From an uncultured candidate division Zixibacteria bacterium (GTDB lineage Bacteria; Zixibacteria; MSB-5A5; UBA10806; 4484-95), in the NCBI GenBank assembly GCA_963668625.2, contig CAXXKA010000006.1, forward strand, positions 192,001 through 256,000: a stretch of DNA of 64,000 nt. The letters run 5' to 3'. Of the stretch, positions 1 to 8,270 are shown piece by piece. The position numbers were made by a program, and so were the translations under genes. Position 1 is the stretch's first letter. Each line of letters starts with the position of its first letter. A model generated the notes under the pieces. It saw nothing but the letters and a program-made list of their open reading frames with translations, had not been told where the DNA came from and did not search any database.

Positions 1-428
1 GACGAGATATAATCCATTACCTGGACATCCATGGGGCAAACCTTGGTACAGGCGTTACAGGCCACGCACCTGAATAACTCGGGATACAGGCTGAATATCT
101 CCTCCGGTGCGCCGGTTAGCTTATCGAAATCGTAGGTAGCGCGATTGGCCGGATAGAACGGTAACTGGGTCAAGTACATATCGGGTTCGACAACGGTCTG
201 GCAGGCCAGGCCGGTGTAGATTTTATAATCGCCCGGTTTGCGATAGACGGTACTGCATGCACCACAAACGCCACCTCGACAGCCGCAACCGCGAATATAC
301 TTATAACCCGCGTATTCCATGGCTTTCATGATAGTCAACGTTTCCGGCACTTCGTATTTCTTCCCCATTATGTAGATGGGGATGAGCTTTGCCTCAACGG
401 TTATTTTCGCCTCATCAGAAACGCTCAT
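1..428 (-). CDS. SdhB/FrdB-like 2Fe-2S + 4Fe-4S iron-sulfur protein (partial, runs off window start; absent from ORF track)
   Basis: Manual translation from ATG at 428: MSVSDEAKITVEAKLIPIYIMGKKYEV...GCGCRGGVCGAC...GLACQT...CVACNACTKVCP. GAGG RBS upstream. Confidence 0.8.
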   Translation of the reverse strand, partial: MSVSDEAKITVEAKLIPIYIMGKKYEVPETLTIMKAMEYAGYKYIRGCGCRGGVCGACSTVYRKPGDYKIYTGLACQTVVEPDMYLTQLPFYPANRATYDFDKLTGAPEEIFSLYPELFRCVACNACTKVCPMDVQVMDYIS

Positions 429-469
429 TTTTACCTCACTAGATGTATTAAAATATTGAACATTATTTT

Positions 470-1360
470 CTAAGCCGTTACTTCTTTTAAGATATTTTTA
501 TCTTTGAGAATTTCGGTAGCGCTTGGCCTGTTCAGCTCGAGATGCAGGGTGTCTGGGGAGCAGCCTAAGGCCAGCGCCAGTAGTTGCGAGAAATAAAACA
601 CCGGGATATCTTTGGCATCCTCGAATTTCTGCAGCATCATACCCTGACGGCGAGACAGATTGTAATCGCATAAGGGGCAGGTTAACACCATAGCCTCCGC
701 GCCACGGGTCGAGGCATCCTTTAAGATATCGTAGGACACGTTCAGGGCGGCATCGGGATTGCCCAGCACCTGGTAGCTACCGCAGCATTCGGTGGCCATC
801 GAAAAGTCAACCACCTCCGCGCCGAGAGCTTCCATGAATTTATGGAACAACTCGGGATTATCAGGGCTGTCTAAGGCGACATCTTTTGGTCTTAGCAGGG
901 TGCAGCCGTAGTAAGGCGCCACCTTTATGCCGTTAAGCGGATTAGCGACTTTTTCTTTGAGCTTATCGAAACCGTACTCATCACGTATGTAGTCGAGGAA
1001 ATGTATCACCTTGACTTCGCCGAAGTAATCCGGTTCTTCATCCATGAACGAGTTGATAGTGTTTCTTTTCTCCTCGTCGTTTTTCATCAGTTCGTTGGCT
1101 CGAGCCAGCGTATTGTAGCACATCGAGCAAAGAGTGATAACCGTATCGTTACCCTGCTCTTTAACCCTGATCAAATCGCGAACCGGGGCGACGATATGAA
1201 TCAAGTCGTCATCGGCCAGCGAGTAGACGGCGCCGCAACAGTTCCACCGGGGCAGTTCCTCGTATTCGACACCGAGAGTATCTAAAGCCGCCAGCGCGGA
1301 CTTTTCGAGATTTTTGGCTTTCGTTTTTAACGTGCAGCCGGGGTAGTAACTTATTTTCAT
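470..1360 (-). CDS. hdrB: Heterodisulfide reductase subunit B-like CCG-domain protein
   Basis: YYPGC, WNCCG, CSMC, PYYGC, CCG and CPLC motifs. The ATG at 1360 follows GAGGAAAG; the ORF track starts at 1372. Confidence 0.85.
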   Translation of the reverse strand: MKISYYPGCTLKTKAKNLEKSALAALDTLGVEYEELPRWNCCGAVYSLADDDLIHIVAPVRDLIRVKEQGNDTVITLCSMCYNTLARANELMKNDEEKRNTINSFMDEEPDYFGEVKVIHFLDYIRDEYGFDKLKEKVANPLNGIKVAPYYGCTLLRPKDVALDSPDNPELFHKFMEALGAEVVDFSMATECCGSYQVLGNPDAALNVSYDILKDASTRGAEAMVLTCPLCDYNLSRRQGMMLQKFEDAKDIPVFYFSQLLALALGCSPDTLHLELNRPSATEILKDKNILKEVTA

Positions 1361-1368
1361 AGCTTTCC

Positions 1369-1776
1369 TCACGATGTCATTTTACGGAAGGTGGAAACCA
1401 TGGCGATCTGGGGAGTCTCTTTGATATCCTCAGGGTCGAGGCTGGATGGTTCCAATTGGTTGACGTTCCGGCGAAGCTTTATCAAGCGCAAAGCCTCCAT
1501 CACCTTCGGGATATCGATATCCCTCGGACATCTCACCTGGCAGGTATGGCAAGAGGCGCAAACCCAGGGGGTATTGGCCATATCCAGAGCCTCGGACTGT
1601 CCGTATTGTAACATTATCATCACCTGGCGTGGCAGCAACCCGATTTCCTCGTTCATCGGGCATGACCCTGAACATGTTCCGCATTGGAAACATTGACCGA
1701 CATTCTGGCCGCTAATCTCCATCACCTTGAGGCGAAGCTTATTGTTAATGGTTCGCTTTGAGATTTTTAATGCCAT
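1369..1776 (-). CDS. hdrC: Heterodisulfide reductase subunit C-like 2x[4Fe-4S] protein
   Basis: CFQCGTCSGSCP and CASCHTCQVRCP motifs, directly upstream of hdrB. Confidence 0.85.
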   Translation of the reverse strand: MALKISKRTINNKLRLKVMEISGQNVGQCFQCGTCSGSCPMNEEIGLLPRQVMIMLQYGQSEALDMANTPWVCASCHTCQVRCPRDIDIPKVMEALRLIKLRRNVNQLEPSSLDPEDIKETPQIAMVSTFRKMTS

Positions 1777-1941
1777 TGTAACCTCTAAGTTGTTAATTTT
1801 ATTGGGAATAGACTTTTTTCAAAGGAAATGAATATGACTAAGTATTTAAAAGGTAATGTCATACGTGCACAATCCAAAGTCGCAAGCTCCTGTTATAGCT
1901 TGACTGAAATATAGTGAATTTGAAATTGCATGACAACATCT

Positions 1942-1959
1942 TTGCGAAATATTTCACAC
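1942..1959. promoter_or_regulatory. Putative Rex operator
   Basis: TTGCGAA-ATAT-TTCACAC has 2 mismatches to TTGTGAA-N4-TTCACAA and lies upstream of hdrC. Confidence 0.45.
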
Positions 1960-2151
1960 ATTTTTAAAGAAAAGTATGATTTTCTATTGTTCGTAGATAT
2001 GGATATCTATGGAGAAACAAATATTCGTTGCTAAAAGTTAATTAATTTAAGAAAAAAATGAACCTTCATTCGTTTTGACGATAATATAATAAATGGCTTG
2101 ACTTTTAGTGTAATATACATATTCTAGAAAGTAAGAAAGGGTGAATGAAAC

Positions 2152-3201
2152 ATGAGATTAACAAAGTTTTTAACGGTAACATTCCTAGCTGTTTTATTAC
2201 CTGTGTCTCTGACTTTCGGGCAAACCGGAACATCCGCTCAGAAACCTGCGGTGGCGAAACAAAAAGCGACTATCGAGGACGCGAGTAAATCGAAAGATAG
2301 AAATCCTGTTATTTCCAGGTCAAAAAAGCAAGAACCTGAACCGGAAATACCACTTTCTGATGCCAGAATCGCGTTTGAGTATTCAAAGTTTGATTTCGGC
2401 ACGGTTCCGAACGGCGCCCAGATGACACATTATTTCCCGGTCACGAACATCGGGCCGGATACTCTGTATATTACAAAAATCAAAGCTGGGTGAGGATGCA
2501 CTACGTCAAAAGCGAGCGGGATAGTTATTCCGCCAGGAGATAGCGCCTTAATAGATGTTTCTTATCGTTCATCTAAATCGACTAAGAATACCAGGCGCAT
2601 AACCAAGCGTATCAGCGTTCACTCGAACGATTCCTCGAATCCTGTGGCCAGCCTGACTATTCAAGCCCAGGCTAATATGTCGGAATCCGTGTTAAAATGG
2701 AATCCTGACAAGGCTGAATTCAATCAGGTACTTATCGGTAAAGGTGATAAGTTCAAACTCGAACTCCAGAACACCGATAGCACCGATATAAGGCTTGAGG
2801 TCGTAAGCGAACCTGATCCGCAAATCGTTAAAAAGTATAAAATAAAGAAAGATAAACTCAAACCCAATCAGACTACCGAGATTGAGTTCGAATTGAGAGA
2901 AGATTTACCTCCGGGAGTTTTCAAAACGACCTTAACCGCCCAGATAGAGGGTAGTGGCTCTAACAGGTTCTCGATACCTATTACCGGCACTGTGGTTGAG
3001 AAAATTAGCCCGGAAAAACCGGTGGCGGCCTCTCACAAAAAACCGCCCGCAAAGAAGAGCAGCAATGTTAAATCAGGCAAAAAATTTGACCCTAATACCG
3101 GCATACAGGTTAAAAAACCGGTCGTTAATGATAGGGCCGAATCGAAACCTGCTACACAAACTATACCGCTCTCCACTATCGACGATTCTGATCTCAAATA
3201 A
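2152..3201 (+). CDS. Secreted DUF1573-like Ig-domain protein, predicted selenoprotein (349 aa, Sec114, U-G-C)
   Basis: Signal peptide. In-frame TGA at 2491-2493 aligns with the Cys of KPGCGCT in the paralog at 3350. The frame stays open through 2644 to TAA at 3201, and a hairpin lies at 2516-2533. Confidence 0.85.
2516..2533 (+). promoter_or_regulatory. Candidate bacterial SECIS upper stem-loop
   Basis: GCGGGATA-GT-TATTCCGC begins 23 nt after the UGA, with the apical G at +31. Confidence 0.7.
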
Positions 3202-3229
3202 TCTTTATCTTAAATTCACGAAATTAGTA

Positions 3230-3253
3230 AACCGGTCTTATGGCCGGTTTTTT
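3230..3253 (+). terminator. Rho-independent terminator
   Basis: AACCGGTC-TTAT-GGCCGGTT followed by a T-run. Confidence 0.65.
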
Positions 3254-3349
3254 GTTATCGGTATTTTCCCGTCATTTTCAGTTTTAGCTCAATTGAGGTT
3301 CATAACATTTCATTAAGTATATTCGATTTTTAACGGAAGGAGTAAAACG

Positions 3350-4267
3350 ATGTACGGACGTATCAATTTCATGATTTGCTTGATTGCTGTGCTGGTTCTA
3401 TCGAGTGGTGTTCAGGTCTCTTTCGGCCAAACAGCGAAAACAAGAACCAAACCCCTCACGAAAACCAAATCCAAAATTGTAACTCAAAAAGATAAATCTA
3501 CCCCGGAGATACCCCCGAATAATTCAACGATCACTTTCGATCATGAGCAGTTCGATTATGGTGTCGTGCCCAGGGGAGAGCAAGTTACGCATCATTTCCC
3601 CGTGAAAAATACCGGTACCGATACATTGACGATTACCCGGATTAAACCCGGATGCGGTTGTACGACCACCCGTAAGAGCAGTATTGTGCTGCCTCCCGGT
3701 GAAAGTTCGCTGATAGATATCACTTATCGATCCTCAAAATCAGCGAGATCGGGGCATAAGGTTACCAAGAGAATTCGCATAGAATCAACCGACTCGCAAA
3801 AACCTACCCTGCAACTTTCGATTTCCGCCCGTACCGACACAGCGGATTGTATGTTAAGATGTCGCCCGGAGATGGTTGATTTGGGCGAGGTTTTAATAGG
3901 TAAGGATGATAAATTCGAGGTTGAAATAACTAACATCGATTCTCTGAAGTCGGAGATTATGGTGGTCAGTGAGCCGACTTCCGAATTCATAAAAAAGTTC
4001 AAGATCAAGAAAGACAAATTAAAATCAGATCAGAAAACGAAAATCGAATTTCAGCTTCAGGATAATATTCCTCCGGGCGAATTCAAAACGGCTCTTACTA
4101 TCGAGGCGAATAACGATTCTAAATCTCGTATCTCCATTCCGATTCATGGCAAAATAGTCGAATCATTTAGCGAAAAGAAAACCAGCAAAGCCGGGCAGGA
4201 GATGTCGTCATCGGCCGTTAGCGGCCACCCTAAAGTATCTACCGTTGACGATTCGGATTTAAAGTAG
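3350..4267 (+). CDS. Secreted DUF1573-like Ig-domain protein, Cys paralog (C102-G-C104)
   Basis: Signal peptide, FDYGVV..HFPVKNTG.D.L.I..IKPGCGCT...LPPGES pattern, second Ig-like domain, AAGGAG RBS. Confidence 0.88.
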   Translation: MYGRINFMICLIAVLVLSSGVQVSFGQTAKTRTKPLTKTKSKIVTQKDKSTPEIPPNNSTITFDHEQFDYGVVPRGEQVTHHFPVKNTGTDTLTITRIKPGCGCTTTRKSSIVLPPGESSLIDITYRSSKSARSGHKVTKRIRIESTDSQKPTLQLSISARTDTADCMLRCRPEMVDLGEVLIGKDDKFEVEITNIDSLKSEIMVVSEPTSEFIKKFKIKKDKLKSDQKTKIEFQLQDNIPPGEFKTALTIEANNDSKSRISIPIHGKIVESFSEKKTSKAGQEMSSSAVSGHPKVSTVDDSDLK

Positions 4268-4415
4268 AGTGATATCGAGAACATACATTTTAAATCCATA
4301 GAACTAGCCGGGTTTTCTTTATTTTTAGCTGTTCACACGACAGTTTTTACATTAAATTCGGTGAAGGAAAACAGGAGGTGGATATCGTTAGTAATCGTTC
4401 GAGGGATAGAGCTAA

Positions 4416-5171
4416 ATGATGAATAAGATTATCCCGGTTTTAAAGTCAATAGTCATGGTGTTTGCGATGGTCGGAGCGTCTATGGCTCAAAACTCCGGTA
4501 ATGAAATTACTGCCAACTCGACGGTTGATGCGGTCATTAATTTCGAACACATGGAATTTGATTTTGGAGCGATACCGCCGGGCGCCGGGGTTGCGCACGA
4601 ATTTTCCGTAAAAAACGAGGGCTCGGACACCCTTGTCATTCATCGAATTAAACCCGGCTGAGGTTGTACGACTTTAGATAAGAGTGCGATAGTTATCGCG
4701 CCGGGCGAAAGTTCTGAGATCGGAATTATTTATAAAGCGCCGAAAACCGACAAATATATTGGCAAGCAAAGAAAAAGGATAACGGTTTATTCCAATGATC
4801 CGGTTAATCCGGTACTTGCTATATATATAGCCTCTTCAGTTAACAGACCTGATATGCCTTTTGCAGTCGAGCCTGCCGAGGTTGATTTCGGCGTGGTGAT
4901 GGCCGGCGAATCTAAAACCCGGACGGTTACGATTGCAAATGTGAGTCAACTGGATTTGAGTCTGTTGGCTATCGATGAACCTGATGATATCTTTATAAGT
5001 GATTATAAGTTACAGTCTGCTGATTTAAAGTCCGGTCAGTCGACAGCATTAAGTATTACTCTTCAAAGTGAACACGTAGTCGAGGAATTCGTTACCTCTA
5101 TTACGCTCGAGACAAGCGGGCAATTCGCCAAACGCTTATCGATTCCGATTCATGGCATGATCGTGAAATAA
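4416..5171 (+). CDS. Secreted DUF1573-like Ig-domain protein, predicted selenoprotein (251 aa, Sec82, U-G-C)
   Basis: IKPG-TGA(4659-4661)-GCTTLDKSAIVIAPGES. The frame is open through 4854 to TAA at 5171, and a hairpin lies at 4684-4701. Confidence 0.85.
4684..4701 (+). promoter_or_regulatory. Candidate bacterial SECIS upper stem-loop
   Basis: GTGCGATA-GT-TATCGCGC begins 23 nt after the UGA with the apical G at +31, and covaries with 2516-2533. Confidence 0.7.
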
Positions 5172-5363
5172 TCATCCTCCAAAATTAATTAACATACAAC
5201 TATAGGTAATATAGACAGCCTATATTTCTAATATATGAGTTAATTTCTGCATTGTTGCATTCCTGTTAAGAGGGTGAACGTTTTGATGGAAGGTAATGTA
5301 TCTGCGAGCATTCTTTCCGAAAATAAAAACAAAGAAACATCAGAGATGAAATTGGAGGAAAGG

Positions 5364-6950
5364 ATGAGAACTATTAAACTCCTTGCTGTGGCCGTTATTA
5401 CTATTTTGATTTGTGCCACAACAGTCAATGCCCAGGGTTTTTCCTCGCTTATAGAGAAGCTGGATCAACTTGAAGCCAAATTGGCCGAACTGGAGAATTC
5501 ACAAAAACAGGATGTTGCCAATTTAAAGAAAGAGTTGGCCAACTCACCGAAAGGCGCTAATAACTCTGAAAGCCAGGCCGCTATCAAGAAGATGTCGTCC
5601 AAGCTGGATGCTATGAACGCTGAGCTGACCGAGGTGAAAACAGGTTCCGAGAAGATACAAGCTAACTATGATATGTTGATGGCCGAGCTATTAGAGCTTA
5701 CTTACGCTCTCAAACAGACTATGAAGGAACAGGACGCGACCGGTCATAAACCTGCTTATCGCGCCGAGGTGTCATCGCCCAAACCGATGTCGAGCCAGGC
5801 GCCGAAATCCGAAAAATCGGCTAAACCTATCTCGAATGGTGAGCCGTCCCTGAGTTATCAGCCGTATGGTTATATCAAACTTGACGGTTCTTACGATCAG
5901 AATTTGACCAGCCACGGTAATTTCGCAATGTGGGTGAAGCCAAAATCTTATGAAAAAGATGATGAGCAACTGAACATGACCGCCAACCAGAGCCGCCTCG
6001 GATTTAAAATCGATAGCCAGAATTATGGCGAATATAAGCTTCATGGGCAGTTCGAGGTTGACCTCTATGCCAGTGTCTCCGGTGGAGTGGCCGAGAACAA
6101 GGGAATGTTCCAACTTCGTCATGCGTTTTTCTCGATAGAAAAAGGTAACACCAAACTACTGGCCGGCCAGTATTGGGACCTTTACAGCCCATTAAATCCC
6201 TCTACCATTAACTATCCGGTGCTCTGGGGCGCCGGTAACACCGGTTACCGTCGCGCGCAGATTACGCTGGCTCAGTCATTCTCTATGGGAACGCAAACTA
6301 CGGGCACGCTTTCCGGCGGCGCGTTCCGTACTATCGGTTCTGATTTGACTCCGACGCTCGAGTGGAGCCTCGAGGATTCCAGCGAAACCTCCGATGGCGA
6401 GGATGACGGCACCGATGCCGGTATTCCCACGGTTCAGGGAAGGCTCGATATCAATCACAGTTTCGCTTCAGGTTCAAAACTGTTGGTGGGTGTTTCCGGT
6501 TTATGGGGCCAACTCAAGGCCGAGACCAATCGCGGCAACAACAACACTTACGAAAGTTGGGGTGTATGCGGCCATATGAAATGGTCGTGGAGCAAATTCG
6601 GTTTGGCCGGTGAATATTACAGCGGCTCGAACCTCGGATCCTATTTCGGCGGTATACTCAATTCGAGCACTATAGACGGCACCAATGCGCAAGGTGGCTG
6701 GGGATTCGCCTGGATAAAGACCTCACCCAAGACGAAGCTCGGATTCGGTGTAGGCAACGATACGGCTAAAGAGGAGGATATCTCCTCCGGCAGCCGTCTG
6801 AAAAATCAATCGATTTTCGGTAATATCAATTACTCGATAGTCAAGAACGCTACTGTTGGCCTCGAGCTCTCTCAGTGGCAAACAGAGTATAAGGATGGCG
6901 AGACCGAGAAGAGTTTCCGCGCCCAGACAGCTTTCACGTTTAGTTTCTAA
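5364..6950 (+). CDS. DcaP-like outer-membrane porin with N-terminal coiled coil
   Basis: Signal peptide after a GGAGG RBS (ATG 5364). YGYIKLD, ANQSRLG, LRHAF and LAGQYW motifs, terminal Phe. Confidence 0.75.
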   Translation: MRTIKLLAVAVITILICATTVNAQGFSSLIEKLDQLEAKLAELENSQKQDVANLKKELANSPKGANNSESQAAIKKMSSKLDAMNAELTEVKTGSEKIQANYDMLMAELLELTYALKQTMKEQDATGHKPAYRAEVSSPKPMSSQAPKSEKSAKPISNGEPSLSYQPYGYIKLDGSYDQNLTSHGNFAMWVKPKSYEKDDEQLNMTANQSRLGFKIDSQNYGEYKLHGQFEVDLYASVSGGVAENKGMFQLRHAFFSIEKGNTKLLAGQYWDLYSPLNPSTINYPVLWGAGNTGYRRAQITLAQSFSMGTQTTGTLSGGAFRTIGSDLTPTLEWSLEDSSETSDGEDDGTDAGIPTVQGRLDINHSFASGSKLLVGVSGLWGQLKAETNRGNNNTYESWGVCGHMKWSWSKFGLAGEYYSGSNLGSYFGGILNSSTIDGTNAQGGWGFAWIKTSPKTKLGFGVGNDTAKEEDISSGSRLKNQSIFGNINYSIVKNATVGLELSQWQTEYKDGETEKSFRAQTAFTFSF

Positions 6951-6976
6951 AGCAATCAGAATACGACAAACTTACG

Positions 6977-7003
6977 AACCGCCTCATAATGGGGCGGTTT
7001 TTT
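6977..7003 (+). terminator. Rho-independent terminator
   Basis: AACCGCCTCA-TAA-TGGGGCGGTT plus a T-run. Confidence 0.7.
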
Positions 7004-7290
7004 CATTACCTTTTTTGTTATGATACTTATTTTATTCAATGCTCATAATATTATTGGAGCCACAGATGAATCAATTTCTCGGATCAAAATCCTTCGCTAA
7101 GCGCCTGGGCCATACGATCGAGACTTTAAACTTTAGTCTCTCCTACGCAATGAATTTATGTTTTGAAAAAGTTCGAAAAACACCGGACACTAATAATAAA
7201 GGATCTATAATGTATGGTATGGATCCGTCTTATTTAATCGGTAGTAAGTAATAGAACCGTAAATGCCTAATGTTCGATATGGATTAAGGA

Positions 7291-7950
7291 ATGATTATGA
7301 ATTCGAATCGTATTATAATTGCAGTAATAATGTTATTAACTTTTGCTTTCTCCTCCACCGTGTTTTCTCAATCGATGTTCTTGCAGAACGAGCAATCCGG
7401 CATTTTATTAGGAGGAGGTATCGAATTCCGTGAGAGCGCTCAAGCTTACGAGGTTTTTGCCTCGTATTCGTTAGCGTCGGTATTGGATATATCGGCGTTT
7501 ATTGGCGATTTGAACGCCGGGAATGCGGACTACAGTGATGGTAATTACATGGGATTCGGGCTAATGGCACATTTATTGAGATCAGGCGCCAATTTAAGCT
7601 ATTCGATTGCCCCGATGTTCTCGCATAGTAAGATAAATTACGATGCTATCTCAGATGATCAAGTTACCGATACTTACGGCGGCTTTTTATATATTCGAAG
7701 CAACAGCTTACGATCCAGATTTTTCCTGGTTGGTGTTGGCATTACCAATTCGAAATCCTCGCTTGAGGTCGGTGGAGATAAGTTTTCCGAGGAAGAGATG
7801 GGATTTACGATAGATTTCAATTCACCATTGTCCGGCCTTCCCATCTCGTTGCGAAGCGCTGCTTCGCAACGTGACTTTTGGGCCGGCAAAATGCGCATTC
7901 TACATGACACAAGAAGGTTTCCAAGCAGCGCTTGGAAACCAGGGAACTAA
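7291..7950 (+). CDS. Hypothetical secreted beta-rich protein; C-terminus probably derived from a palindromic repeat
   Basis: Signal peptide and amphipathic beta-strand character. The last ~35 codons overlap the REP-like doublet. Confidence 0.55.
   Translation: MIMNSNRIIIAVIMLLTFAFSSTVFSQSMFLQNEQSGILLGGGIEFRESAQAYEVFASYSLASVLDISAFIGDLNAGNADYSDGNYMGFGLMAHLLRSGANLSYSIAPMFSHSKINYDAISDDQVTDTYGGFLYIRSNSLRSRFFLVGVGITNSKSSLEVGGDKFSEEEMGFTIDFNSPLSGLPISLRSAASQRDFWAGKMRILHDTRRFPSSAWKPGN
7845..7942. repeat. REP-like inverted doublet of hairpins
   Basis: CGTTGCGAAGC-GCT-GCTTCGCAACG (7847-7871) and GGTTTCCAAGC-AGC-GCTTGGAAACC (7916-7940). Confidence 0.7.
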
Positions 7951-8270
7951 GCCTAACATAGGCAGGACATATCAGGATGCATGATACGCTGAATATATAA
8001 TTATATCGGAAAACATCTTTCACTAACAATTCCAAGGAGAATTTTAAAGTTTACTGAAAAACACCGGACACTAGTGATTTCAATTATTGTGTTAATCTGC
8101 AAAGCGGTAATAAATTTATCATTAATCCAAGTTTACTCTTTATCGATGATGAAACCGTAACCGGCATTAAATTTGCTTTCATGCTGAGTAATATGTAGCT
8201 TATACTTATTGAGATATCCAAATCGAATGTAGAGAAAAGTAAGTTTTCTAACTTGAAATAAAACTAATAT

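Larger units (their letters stand above)
7175..8073 (+). repeat. 18-bp perfect direct repeat GAAAAACACCGGACACTA (7175-7192 and 8056-8073)
   Basis: Seen directly; the two copies bracket ORF 7291-7950. Confidence 0.85.

Noticed and set aside
2491-4661. Genome-wide UGA recoding (code 4/25) as the explanation of the in-frame TGAs
   Set aside because: TGA ends many complete genes here (13721, 14358, 15848, and ATGA overlaps at 17407, 23872, 24450). The two TGAs align with Cys, not Trp or Gly.
2644-5171. ORFs 2644-3201 and 4854-5171 as independent genes, or the loci as pseudogenes
   Set aside because: They have no RBS or signal peptide and are in-frame continuations of the upstream ORFs. The same codon is affected in both, with a conserved hairpin.
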